DNA of 34,200 bases from Guillardia theta CCMP2712 (lineage: Eukaryota; Protista; Cryptophyta), in NCBI RefSeq assembly GCF_000315625.1, contig NW_005434435.1:19802-54001 (forward strand). The letters run 5' to 3'. The position numbers and the translations under genes were made by a program. Below the pieces are notes generated by a model that was not told the origin of the DNA, ran no database searches, and saw nothing but the letters and a program-made list of their open reading frames with translations. This document shows, piece after piece, positions 8,666 through 19,889 of the stretch; within the stretch, counting starts at the first letter, position 1; each line of letters starts with the position of its first letter.

Positions 8666-11365
8666 ATGTTGGTATTGAGCACTGAGACGGCTACTGTATC
8701 GGGGTATCTCTACCAGAACCTGACGGTCCAAAGAGCTCAGTTTGGATCATCTGCTCAAGAGTTCTTCCAAGGGATCTCAGTGAACTATCTATTCAGCCCA
8801 CGTGTCCTTGAGCAGTCAATCGATAAGACGGCAACCAACGCAAACTTCTCAAACACTTACGGACTGCAAGCCGGAGATCTTCTGTGGGCTCTGACAGGTG
8901 TAAAAGCCCATGAAGGGGGCAATTTGGGGTACATAGAAGTGATGGAGTATCAGTCGGACGGCAGTGTGCGTCGAGAAATGATCCCTGAATGCACGATATA
9001 TCAGATTCCCTTCTCGCTTTCGCAGGCTACCAGCGTGTCAGCGGGTGCGCTTGTGCAGACAATAGCGAAGCCTGCCTACTTCAACCCTCCATACATTATC
9101 GATTCCGATGATACATGGGTAACAATGTCGAGGACATCCGACTTTGCAGTTGGAGACATCGTGAGCGATGGCTCTTCAGCTCTCGAAGTGACAGCTATCA
9201 ACACTGCAGACAGCAAAATCACATTAAAAAGATTGTTTGATGAAGATCAAGATCCTCCTTACACAGGGTACCTTGTGAAGATTGAGGGTCTGAGGCTCCT
9301 CAACTCAACTCTTGACACAGACGTTATGGACCCTTCTGACTCTGCTACCTTCAGCATCTCCTTGCACACTCTAGTCTCAGACTTCTACTCCCCGGGTGAC
9401 TTCGTGTGGATATGCGACGGGTCTAGAGGCTTGTTTCGAGTACAAGCTGTCGGAGATTACTCCATGGACGTTACTCCATACAGTATTATTCAAGGAATAT
9501 CATTCTCAAAAGACAAAGCAGTATTGTTCAAGTACGAGAGATTTGACGTTCTGAACGGTGACGCGTTATCCCCCGGTGACAGCGTCATGTTCACGTGGGG
9601 TTATGTCATATTCATGTTGTTTGCTTCTGTCGATCTGTTAAACACGGGTGGCACAGCACAAGTCATCTCATCCTCTGCGAACGAAGTCCGCCTCACCTTC
9701 ACCTCAGGAGGATATGGCCCAGACCATACTATTGCATGGTTTTATGACGTACATTTCACCCATCAGCTACTGCCGATCTCCAAGAAGAGCTTCGCCACGT
9801 CCAAGCTTGCTCTAGACATTGACTCGACCGTAACGCGCGTCATCCTCTTCGACGCCTCCGGGTTCCTAGCCGGCGACAGCATCGTCATCGACGATGAGAT
9901 CATGACCATAGACAACCTCAACGGCAACCTCCTCCATGTCTCTCGAGCTCAAGCAGGCACCGCTCCTGCTCCTCACAAGCTCGCTGCATCAGTCGCATGG
10001 ACCGCTCCCATAGCCAAGACGTCCTCGCCAGTGTCTGCCGTAACTCCTATGACTCGGCGCGACCAGCACCTGAGATACATTGCCCAGCAGGGCTCCATCG
10101 CCCTTCCCAGCTCGATCTTGCAGGCCTCCAGCAGCTACCAAGACGTCTGGGCACAGCTCGACGAGGAGATCATCATGATCCGGCAGCCCGCCTCAGGTGT
10201 CGTCCCCGAGGATGATCGCGGGCTGAGAGGAACGTCGGCGACTGCTCACGTGACCAACACGCCCTACAACATCCCCAACGCGGTCTTCTCCTGGCAGCTC
10301 AACGTCAGGTCAAGTCTGCTGGGCTTGTCGGGCTTCTCAGCTCTGCCTGTGTACAGCATGAACGCTGCTGGAGTGATCGCAGTGTCAGGAGTCCACGTGC
10401 TGTCGGGAGGAGCCGGAGTGACAAGCCAGCCATCCTTCCAGCTGAGCCTCAACAGGTTCATCGACAGCGACGCCCAAGGGCAGGCGGTCGGAGGAGCGAC
10501 TTACTCCTACCGCCCTCTGATCCAGCAGACTTACCTCGGGGTCGACCTGACAAACAAGTTCACCAAGAGACTCATCAGGCCAACTGTGACCTACCCCGTG
10601 ACGTACCAGCCTTGGAGGTTCCCAGCAGACCCTCTCCACTTCCAGGACAGGATGGACGGGTATGACCCGAGCTCAGACAGCTCACTGCTGTCTCCTACCA
10701 ACGGCTCCAACGCCATCAACGCCAGCTCTCCGATCCCTCACGAGCCAGGCTCGCCCGTGTTCGTGCTCGACTCCTTCGGTCAGATGCTCGGCGATCAGGC
10801 TGTACCCCAGCAGAGCCTGTCGGTGTCAGACGGCGGCGCGTACTCCTACTCCATCACCAGCCGACCGTCCGTGCTGGACTCTACCTGGAGCAGCCCGGCC
10901 CTGCTCATCGTGTCGACGTCATCGGCTACGACAGCCGACATGTACTTCAACGACACCATTGCGGGCTCCTACTCCAACGGTCAGAAGTCCGCTCTGCTTT
11001 CTGCTAGCAGCAGGATGTTCGCTTGGAAGACAGACCCGCGCAAGCTTGCTGTGATCGTCGGGGCCTCAGCAGCAGCCATGTCTACACAAGCAAATGCAAG
11101 CTCGTCGACGACTCCAGCAGGAGGTCAGAACATCGGAGCCATCATCGGAGGCGTCATCGGGGGCGTGGTAGGAGCAGGTCTGCTCGGCCTGCTCGCCTAC
11201 AAGCTCCTCCTGCTCAAGGCCGTCGGCAAGGCAGTAGACGTGGAGATGGTGCCTGTCTACCTGCCTCAAGCCTATCCTGCCCTTGACGTGGAGTACGCCG
11301 CTGCAGCTGCGATGCCTGTTGGTACTCCAGCGTACGGCCAGCAGCCCATGGCTCTCGGCATGTGA
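8666..11365 (+). CDS. Type I single-pass membrane/cell-surface protein, beta-rich ectodomain, 899 aa; probably 5'-truncated
   Basis: Long ORF ending TGA; S/T-rich stalk, then TM segment IGAIIGGVIGGVVGAGLLGLLAY followed by K and a short Pro/Tyr-rich tail. No signal peptide, and the frame stays open upstream to the element boundary at 8626. Confidence 0.8.
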   Translation: MLVLSTETATVSGYLYQNLTVQRAQFGSSAQEFFQGISVNYLFSPRVLEQSIDKTATNANFSNTYGLQAGDLLWALTGVKAHEGGNLGYIEVMEYQSDGSVRREMIPECTIYQIPFSLSQATSVSAGALVQTIAKPAYFNPPYIIDSDDTWVTMSRTSDFAVGDIVSDGSSALEVTAINTADSKITLKRLFDEDQDPPYTGYLVKIEGLRLLNSTLDTDVMDPSDSATFSISLHTLVSDFYSPGDFVWICDGSRGLFRVQAVGDYSMDVTPYSIIQGISFSKDKAVLFKYERFDVLNGDALSPGDSVMFTWGYVIFMLFASVDLLNTGGTAQVISSSANEVRLTFTSGGYGPDHTIAWFYDVHFTHQLLPISKKSFATSKLALDIDSTVTRVILFDASGFLAGDSIVIDDEIMTIDNLNGNLLHVSRAQAGTAPAPHKLAASVAWTAPIAKTSSPVSAVTPMTRRDQHLRYIAQQGSIALPSSILQASSSYQDVWAQLDEEIIMIRQPASGVVPEDDRGLRGTSATAHVTNTPYNIPNAVFSWQLNVRSSLLGLSGFSALPVYSMNAAGVIAVSGVHVLSGGAGVTSQPSFQLSLNRFIDSDAQGQAVGGATYSYRPLIQQTYLGVDLTNKFTKRLIRPTVTYPVTYQPWRFPADPLHFQDRMDGYDPSSDSSLLSPTNGSNAINASSPIPHEPGSPVFVLDSFGQMLGDQAVPQQSLSVSDGGAYSYSITSRPSVLDSTWSSPALLIVSTSSATTADMYFNDTIAGSYSNGQKSALLSASSRMFAWKTDPRKLAVIVGASAAAMSTQANASSSTTPAGGQNIGAIIGGVIGGVVGAGLLGLLAYKLLLLKAVGKAVDVEMVPVYLPQAYPALDVEYAAAAAMPVGTPAYGQQPMALGM

Positions 11366-12387
11366 GAAGCGCGGCTACTTGATGATCCGGCAGGCAGCGG
11401 CTGATGCTGCTGTCTGCCTCGTAGAGCTCGATACGAGCGATCCTTTCTATCGCATGAGAATGAAAATGATTTGTAGAATCAAGAGAGGAGGAGGTAGAGC
11501 TTGGGAGGTACGCGAGACTGACACAGCGAGGCAGGTAGCAAGAGATATGACACTCACTGCAGGACATCACAGGAACACCTTTTCAAGGGAGCGATGCTAC
11601 TGAAAGAACATCACATCTTGGTAAGCACATGGATGGAATCCCTGAATGTATTCGAGGTTTGTCAGGGGCAAGCTGAATCTGAAAGAGGCAAGTCAAGCCA
11701 GACATCTGCCCAAGGTTTCTCAAAGCATGAGTGGATTCAGTCCATGCAGGAGAGGGTGTCGTCAAAACAGGCTCCTCCCTTCTATAGGTTTGAAGTCTCG
11801 AAGAGGAGAGGAGAGGAGAGAAGCGGAGAGGAGATCAGGAGAGGAGTCTTGTTACACTTCCTTGACCCCCACTTTCTTTCGTGCTTCTGGTTTCCAGGTG
11901 ACTTCGGGGACTCTATGACCCCTTCCTCGGACGCATTGAACTGGCACCCACACGCGTCAACTTCCACAAATTGGATTGGTAGGGTGATGCAACCTGATAG
12001 TGAGAGGTCAGGGAGTGACGTCACCAGGCGAGGTAAAAATATAGAGAGATGCAACAAAGTTGAGACCAGGTCCTGATCTTCAGTATCCTACGGGTCTTAC
12101 AGATATGTTACTCAGAATACCAAAGTTTAGTGGAGTAAAAGCGAGCACTAGCCCGCATAGACAGACATTGGGGTGGAGGAAGAGAAGAGCTGAGAGGTAG
12201 AGAGCAAGACGCGCTTCTATCAGGTACAATCAAGGCTGACCGCAACATTGCCCGACAAGCTGAGAAAGCTTCAGCCCCCTGCTCGACGCTCGTCTCACCG
12301 CCAGCTCTTGCCCCTAGCAGCACCAACAAGCTCTGTCCCTTCCCCGCCATCCCCGCCTCCCCTCCAGCTCCACCACGACCCTCCCCA

Positions 12388-15300
12388 TCACTCGGCATCG
12401 CGTCGCTCGAGCACGGACCTGAGCCGTCGGCCCGCCTCAGAAGCACGGGTGTCGGGGATGTTGGGAGGCAAGGCGGCGCCTCGGAGCCGTCGGATGCGTC
12501 GGATGTTGTACGAGTTGTTGCTAGCAAGGCTGCTCAGAGCCTCCATCGCGCTATCCTCCAACCACCCGCTGCCCTCATGCCTTTGCATCGCCCTCACTAC
12601 CGCCTCGATCGCTCCCGCCTCCCGCGCCCGCGCCTGGCTGTCTGCCATGCCCTCTGTCATGCTGCGCAAGGCCTTGCATCCGTCACGCGGTATCCATCGG
12701 TCGCCTGCGTGCGTGGACATGGCGCTGTCGACGGCCTCGATCGCTCCCGCCTCCCGCGCCCGCGCCTGGCTGTCTGCCATGCCCTCCGTCATGCTGCGCA
12801 AGGCCCTGCATGCGTGACACTGTAGCCATCGGTCGTCCACATGTGTGGACATGGCGCTGTCGACGGCCTCGATCGCTCCCGCCTCTCGAGCCCGCGCCTG
12901 GCTGTCTGCCATGCCCTCCGTCATGCTGCGCAAGGCCTTGCATGCGTCACACTGTAGCCATCGGTCGTTAACATGTGTGGACATGGCGCTGACGACGGCC
13001 TCGATCGCTCCTGCCGCCCGCGCCCGCGCCTGGCTGTCAGCCATGCCCTCCGTCATGCTCTCAAGGGCTTCGCATGCTGACCACTGCAAGCACATCTCGT
13101 CTGCGTGCGTGGACATGGCGCTGACGACGGCCTCGATCGCTCCCGCCTCCCGCGCCCGCGCCTGGCTGTCTGCCATGCCCTCCGTCATGCTGCGCAAGGC
13201 CTTGCATCCATCATTTTGTAGCCATTTCTTGTCTGCGTGCGTGGACATGGCACCGACGACGGCCTCGATCGCTCCCGCCTGCATGGCCGGGAGCTTGTTC
13301 TGCTCGTGGCCCTTGGCTATCGCTGTCATCACTTGGCATAGACCTTGCTGTATCTTCGCGTTGCTCTGGTGCCTGGTCATGGCGCTGACGACGGCCTCGA
13401 TCGCTTTCGCATCTCTCGCTGTGCCCTGGTATCGGAAGTACTGCATTGTGTACTTTAGGGCCCAGCACGCAGCCTGCTGCACTTTCAAGTCGTCCGCGTG
13501 CCTATCGAGGCATCTCATGACGGCCTCGATCGCTCCCGCCTCCCGCGCCCGCGCCTGACTCTCATCCCTGAAGCTGATAGTGTTGTCCAGGGCCTCGCAC
13601 GCAGCTTGCTGTACCCCCGCGTGGTCTGCATGCGTGGACATGGCGCTGACGACGGCCTCGATCGCTCCCGCCTCTCGTGCCCGCGCCTGGCTCTCTTCGA
13701 TGTGATCGACTATATGCTTCAGTGCCCAGCAAGCAGCTTGCTGTACCCCCGCGTCGTCCGCGTGCGTGGACATGGCGCTGACGACGGCCTCGATCGCTCC
13801 CGCCTCTCGTGCCCGCGCCTGGCTCTCATCTCTGAAGCTGATAGTGTAGTCCAGGGCCTCGCACGCAGCCTGCTGTACCCCCGCGTGGTCTGCATGCGTG
13901 GACATGGCGCTGACGACGGCCTCGATCGCTCCCGCCTCCGACGCCCGCGCCTTGCTCTTTTTGATGAAACTGACGGTATGTCGCAGGGCCCAGCACGCAG
14001 CCTGCTGTACCCCCGCGTCGTCCGCGTGCGTGGTCATGGCGCTGACGACGGCCTCGATCGCTCCCGCCTCTCGCACCATGACTTTGTCAGCCTACCCGTT
14101 CCGAGCCATGCTGACCAAGGCTTCGCACGCAGCTTGCTGTACCTCCGCGAGAGCCTCGTACGTCCTCATCTCCTGCATCACCGCCTCTATGCTGTCGTCA
14201 GCTCCCGTCCTCAGCAGCCTCCATGCCTCCCTTGCCGGCTGCCCTACCGCTGCCGACGCCCCGACCGGCAGCGCCTGAGCTCTCGTCCTCAGCGAGCTGA
14301 GAGCGTCGCTGCCCGTGGACTCCAAGGCGGTGCAAGCTGACCCTTGCAGCTCCACGAGCTCTGCGTACTTGCGCTTCCTGACTCTCCTCGCCACCGCCTT
14401 GACACCTCCCCCCGCTGCCTCTCCGATCCTTCTCCTACCTCGGCATAGCGACTGGTTGCCGGCCCCTGCCCGCTGCTGTCCAGGCGTCCTGTCTGACCCT
14501 GTCCATGCAGCAGCCCCCTCACCCCCCTCCGCTCCGGCTCTTCCTACAGCTACCGCAAGCTCGGCGAACCTCGGGCGGTCCTCCTCCCTCGTCGCCCAGC
14601 AGCTCTCCAGCAAGGCCCACAACCCGTCCGGGCATCTTCCGAGGAGGTGCTCTCGAGGCAGCCTCCCACCCCCGCACACGTACCCGATCACAGTCGGGTC
14701 CGTCATGGGGTAGTAGGGGGTCATGCCCGAGGTCAGGATCTCCCAGCACGTGACCCCGTAGGCCCACACGTCGCTCTTCTCCGAGCACCGGCCTCTCTGC
14801 ATCGACTCTGGGGGCATGTAGCGCACCGGCAGCGCTCGCCCCGCTACCCTCCCGTCACTCTCGTCCACCAGCTCCCCTGCCCGCCCGTACCCCGCCACCT
14901 TCACCGACGTCCTCCCCACGTCCTCCTTGTCGAAGCCCATGACCAGCACGTGCCGAGCCGCGAGGTCCCGGTGCACGACCCGCTGCTCAGCCAGGTGCTC
15001 CATGCCCTGCGCGATCTGCTCCATCATCGCCGTCTGGTGCCCTCGCGTCACCTGCCCCGCCAGCCTCCCCAGCAGAGCCTCTCTCAGCGACCCCAGCTCG
15101 GCGAGCTCGGTCAGCAGCAGGGGACAGCCGTCGGCGTCCTGGCTCTGCCCCATGTAGCGTACAAGCCGAGGATGCGGCCCGAGCTGAGCATGACCGCGGC
15201 TTGTCTGCCGCCGTCGTCTTGCATGAGCTTGAGCACGGCTACCTTGATCTTGCCGGGCCCTGCCCTCCTTCCTTGCACGCGGAGGTGACCTATGTAGAGG

Positions 15301-15596
15301 GTCTGGGAGGAGCCTGCTGTGATAGGCTGCCCCTCCATCTCCACGTCGTGGCTGGGGACGAGCAGCGCGTGTCGCTCCTGCCACTCCTGGATGGCGCTGC
15401 GGAGAGCGAGGTTGGGTACAAGGTGGTTAGAGGGGAGGAGGACGCCGGTGAGGGGGCTGGAGAGACGATGGCGGAGCCAGGTCTCGATGGAGGATCTCTG
15501 GTAGGTGTGGCCATCGCAGCAGGTGACAGGGTCGGTCATGAGCGCCATGCTGATGGGGCAGAAGAAGGACCGTAGCGCTCCCTGGTCCGCTGCCAT
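12388..15596 (-). CDS. U-box + tyrosine-kinase-like (pseudo)kinase + armadillo-repeat protein; one frameshift (~15186) and one in-frame TAG (14092-14094), possible pseudogene
   Basis: ATG 15596; U-box FFCPISMALMTDPVTCCDGHTYQRSSIETWL...SPLTG...LVPNLALRSAIQEW. Kinase motifs VAVLK, HPRLV, HRDLAARHVLV, VAGYG, LPVRYMPPE, SDVWAYGVTCWE, CW...DRPRF. ARM repeats EAGAIEAVVSAMSTH..D..VQQAAC.AL. ORFs 14092..15384 and 12388..14079 are in the same frame across the TAG (ARNG*ADKVMVREAG). Confidence 0.8.
12530..14200 (-). repeat. 132-bp tandem array encoding 44-aa armadillo repeats (13 units)
   Basis: gcctcgatcgctccc recurs at 14051, 13919, 13787 and onward down to ~12602. Confidence 0.9.
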
Positions 15597-15635
15597 GGCG
15601 GGGCAGAGGAGCGAGGGGAGGTGAAGGGAGGGGAT

Positions 15636-15872
15636 AGGGGGGTACGTGCAGCGAGGGAGAGAGGGGGTGCGAGGCCGGTCTAGGGAGGGGTAGGGGGTGG
15701 TAGGAGGAGGGGAGAGGAGGGAGGAGGGGTGGTCCAAAAAAGAAAAGGGAGTGTAAAACTAAAAAAAAGAAGGATATGTCTTGTTGCTGCCTTTTGTGTG
15801 CGATGGTATCTTGCGGGTATGTGTTGTTGCTGCCTTTTGAGCATTTGGTACTGATGGTCTGAGGCGGATGGC
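15636..15872. repeat. G-rich dispersed repeat, copy 1, immediately upstream of the U-box gene
   Basis: ggggtacgtgcagcgaggga...ggccggtctagggaggggtagggggtggta...ggtccaaaaaagaaaag...cttgttgctgccttttgtgtgcgatggtatctt matches 18761-19062. Confidence 0.9.
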
Positions 15873-15907
15873 TCCGTTATCAAGAGGAGGAGATCATCTA
15901 GGGGGTG

Positions 15908-16079
15908 CCGAGAACTGAGTCATCTAGGGGGGTGGGGGTGGAATCCTTCCTACCGAGAACTGTGTCATCTAGGGGGTGGGGGTGGAATCCTACCGAGAAC
16001 TGTGTCATCTAGGGGGTGGGGGTGGAATCCTACCGAGAACTGTGTCATCTAGGGGGTGGGGGTGGAATCCTACCGAGAA
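15908..16079. repeat. 40-bp G-rich minisatellite, about 4.3 copies
   Basis: ccgagaactgtgtcatctagggggtgggggtggaatccta; taccgagaa at 15951, 15991, 16031, 16071. Confidence 0.95.
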
Positions 16080-16303
16080 GACGGGCATGTCGCTTGTTTC
16101 TTTTGTCGGCGGCCTCAAGCAGAGGAGCTCTTCTGGCCTGCTGCGCTTGTCGAGGTAGGCGATTGTGAAACATGGATGGGTGATCGGAGGTGAAGCCGGC
16201 GAGTAGAGGAGTGTGACGCAGCAGGAGTGAGGTGCCATAGATAGTGAGTCTGTGAGCGGAGGATCGGGAGGATTTCGCGGAGAGAGATTGAAGTGTCTGT
16301 TGC

Positions 16304-17822
16304 ATGCTGACGGTTGCTTCTTTATGGTTTGCCAGTGCAATGAAGCATGAAGCAAGCAAGGCTTTCGAGGGACGTGCGGAGCGGAGAGCAAACGGCACGA
16401 CAGGTAGAGGTCCGCAGTTGCCTGATCGTGAGAAACAAGACAATCAAAGTCGGTTTGCATGGAGTCATGACCGGTCACACACGAAGAAAAGGCAGGCAGA
16501 TGTCGCAGGAAACGAGATCGAGATCGCGAGGGCATCCAAGTTAGTCGACCAGACAGCCAAAAGCTTGTCGTTGCGCAAGAGAGAGGCTGAGCTGAAGGAG
16601 GCTGAGGTCACAGGAGACGAGATCGAGATCGCAGACGCCCTCCTGAGAGTCAGGGAGGCAGAGCTGGAGGAGGCTGAGGTCACAGGAGACGAGATCGAGA
16701 TCGCGAAGGCACGCAAGTTAGTCAACAAGGCATGGCTAAGCTTGTCGTTGCGCAAGAGAGAGGCTGAGCTGGAGGAGGCTGAGGTCACAGGAGACGAGAT
16801 CGAGATCCTCAAGGCACGAATCAGGGTCAGGGAGGCAGAGCTGGAGGAGGCTGAGGTCACAGGAGACGAGATCGAGATCCTCAAGGCACGAATCAGGGTC
16901 AGGGAGGCAGAGCTGGAGGAGGCTGAGGTCACAGGAGACGAGATCGAGATCCTCAAGGCACGAATCAGGGTCAGGGAGGCAGAGCTGGAGGAGGCTGAGG
17001 TCACAGGAGACGAGATCGAGATCGCAGAGGCCCTTCTTGCCCTCAGGATGGCAGAGCTGGAGGAGGTTTGGCTGAGAGGAGGCCAGATAAAGTTCGAAAG
17101 GGCAGTCGAGCTAGCCAGGCAGGCAAGCATAAGCTTGTCGTTGCTCAGGAGGACGGCAGAGCTGAAGGAGATTGAGGACACAGGAGACGAGATCGAGATC
17201 GCAAAGGCGCGTTCCAGACTGACACAAGCAGAGCTTGACGAGGCGAAGATCAAAGGAGACAAGATTAAGATTGCAGGGGCATATCTCAAGTACAGGAAGA
17301 CATACCTCGATATGATTCAAGTCACAGGAGACGAGATCAAGATCGCAGACGCCCTCCTGACAGTCAGGAAGCAGAGCTGAGGAGGCTGAGGACACAGGAG
17401 ACGAGATCGAGATCGNNNNNNNNNNNNNNNNNNNNNNNNNNNNNNNNNNNNNNNNNNNNNNNNNNNNNNNNNNNNNNNNNNNNNNNNNNNNNNNNNNNNN
17501 NNNNNNNNNNNNNNNNNNNNNNNNNNNNNNNNNNNNNNNNNNNNNNNNNNNNNNNNNNNNNNNNNNNNNNNNNNNNNNNNNNNNCGAGATCGCGAGGGCA
17601 TCCAAGTTAGTCGACCAGGCATGGTTGCGCACGAGAGAGGCTGAGCTGAAGAAGGCTGAGGACACAGGAGACGAGATCGAGATCGCAGACGCCCTCTTTA
17701 GCGTCAGGGTCGCAGAGCTGAAGGAGGCTGAGGACACAGGAGACGAGATCGAGATCGCGAGGGCATCCAAGTTAGTCAACCAGGCATGGCTAAGCTTGTC
17801 GTCGCACAAGAGAGAGGCTTAG
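16304..17822 (+). CDS. Acidic alpha-helical (TPR-like) tandem-repeat protein of unknown function; spans a gap; start and end uncertain
   Basis: Units REAELEEAEVTGDEIEILKARIRV (24 aa, 72 bp) and REAELEEAEVTGDEIEIAKARKLVNKAWLSLSLRK (35 aa, 105 bp) on both sides of gap 17416-17584. Single-base losses near 17370-17380; degenerate repeats continue past the TAG at 17820 to ~17999. Confidence 0.65.
17416..17584. other. Assembly gap (169 N)
   Basis: Run of N. Confidence 1.
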
Positions 17823-18760
17823 CTTGACAAGGCTCGAGGTACAGGAGACGAGATCGAGATCGCGAGGGCACGCGAGTCAGTGGATGAGGCAGAGCTATGC
17901 TACTTTGTGCGCAAGACGGGGGCAGAACTGGAGTAGGCTCAAGGCCCTGGAGACAAGATCAAGCTCAGGCCACCTATACATGAAGCTGACCACGGCTGAC
18001 TCTCTATATCATGTATCCCCCACTTCACGTTGCATATGTGCAGCACCACCCCGTACACCCTCATCCGCCTCCTCCCCTTCCACACTGTGGCTCTTCTATC
18101 TCGTGAATCCTCTTGCGCCTCCTCGCTGAGCTGCCTCTGGTAGAGGACATCCATCTTCTCCCAGTCCGCCTCCCCTCCTCGCATCCTCGTTTTACCCAGG
18201 TTTCCATCGCCTCTGCCTGCGTCTCTGCTGAAGCCCTTCACGCTCCCCACGGGGTCTCCGTCCCTCTTTCCTCCCACCAGCCTGCACCACACCCGGTACG
18301 ACTCCCTCCTTTCACACCCCCCGCCGTCGGACCCCCTTATGTCCCCCTTATGGACCCCCTTATGACCCCCTTATGTCGACTTGCGCTGCTTGTTACAGTG
18401 AGGCGACTGCTTGCCAACATTTGCCGTGATTGTTTTCCTACTCAGACATTATGCACATCGACATCATCATAGTGGGAGTGAAAGGACGCAACTTGGCCAA
18501 TCCACAGACGTATTCTGCTATTCTTATCCTCCCATCACCTTGTGTATCCTTTGAGATTTTTGGTGACCATTTTCATACATTCTTTGGTATCACTTAGATC
18601 ATGTTGAAGTCGGGTCTCATGCTGTTGGACGAGCCAGCGAGATCAGCGGATACAAGTGACGAAAGATTTTCATGTCAACTCCCTCTGAGGTGTTTTCTGT
18701 CTGCAGCAATCTTGACGACGATGCCAAAGAGACGGCCAACATTGCTTTCTCTGCTGTTAA

Positions 18761-19062
18761 AGGGGGTACGTGCAGCGAGGGAGCGAGGGGGTGCGAGGCC
18801 GGTCTAGGGAGGGGTAGGGGGTGGTACGAGGAGGGGAGAGGAGGGAGGAGGGGTGGTCCAAAAAAGAAAAGCTAATCCTACCAGCGGCTACGGGGGGAGT
18901 GTAAAACCCAAAAAAAAGAAGAAGTCTTGTTGCTGCCTTTTGTGTGCGATGGTATCTTGTGGGTATGTGTTGTTGCTGCCTTCTGTGTGAGATGGTATCT
19001 TCCGGGTATGTCTTGTTGCTGCCTTTTGTGCATTTGCTGCTGATTGGCTGAGGCGGGTGGCT
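18761..19062. repeat. G-rich dispersed repeat, copy 2, with one extra internal ~44-bp unit
   Basis: Matches 15636-15872; ttgttgctgcctt occurs three times here versus twice in copy 1. Confidence 0.9.
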
Positions 19063-19153
19063 TTCTACTAGGGAGAGGACCAAGGGGGCTGGGCATACAG
19101 AGCTGCAGGATCTAAGGATAGGTTGCAATCATTTCAAGATATCTGATCAAGAA

Positions 19154-19616
19154 ATGACAAGGTTGATGTCTGATGTGGAAAAAACGGCAATGAATCCTTT
19201 GATTGTGAAGTTCAACAAGATCAATCTTGAGAACTCTTGCTTGAGTGACGTCAAGGACATCATCTTTGATAGGTACATGGAGTTATGCAAGACAGAGATC
19301 GAGGAATTCAACCGTGCCAACTTATTGTCCTCGTACTGATCTTAACTTAACTTATTGTCCTCGTACTGATTTTAACTTAACTTTTAATTATTTTGTATGG
19401 AGATGCTCTACATGTAATGATGTGTTTGAGCACCTCCACGCAAGAGAAACCATAGCATATCGCGATGGACGCTGGAAAGAGGAGCGACACTGCAAGAGAT
19501 GTTGTGAAGAGGAGCTCGAGTTCTCATGCTGCTATTGTGGAATCATATACAATCTGTGTAATGGATATGATGAGGACTATTGCTCATATGGTTGCAGGTC
19601 TGCAGACGAATGGTAG
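19154..19616 (+). pseudogene. Small Cys-rich putative zinc-binding protein (CxxC x3 + YCSxGC), split over two frames; virus-like
   Basis: ORF 19154-19339 (helical-looking) overlaps ORF 19245-19616 with CSTC, CKRC, CCYC and YCSYGC. 30-bp tandem duplication at 19321-19380. AT-richer than the flanking genes and no intron evident. Confidence 0.5.
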
Positions 19617-19704
19617 TAGACAATAAGAATCCAGGGGGTATATTTTACAAACTGTGCACCTTCAATCCAAGCATATTTTTTCATCAATGTTTTGATGTTC
19701 ATTC

Positions 19705-19887
19705 TTACAAATCTCCAATACACTCTTCGCAATCTAGCCTTCTTCTCTTGTGGCTACATCGTTCATCTTGTGTCTCGCAGCCCTTACAGTTACACCTTCC
19801 GTTGTTGTGGATGCATATAGAGCCACCTCCACACTCCTTGCATTGGCTCCTTACCCTGTTGTGCTCACATATAGAGCCTTCTCTCCG
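19705..19887 (-). pseudogene. 3' fragment of a CxH-x5-CxxC repeat protein (ICEHNRVRSQCKECGGGS type); not in the ORF track
   Basis: Manual translation: RREGSICEHNRVRSQCKECGGGSICIHNNGRCNCKGCETQDERCSHKRRRLDCEECIGDL*. No ATG; cut upstream by an in-frame TAA and low-complexity DNA. Confidence 0.75.
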
Positions 19888-19889
19888 TT

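Noticed and set aside
15184-15242. 59-nt GT-AG intron that would repair the U-box gene frameshift
   Set aside because: It would delete the VAVLK strand and helix C region, which look coding; a 1-nt loss is more parsimonious, though the intron is not excluded.
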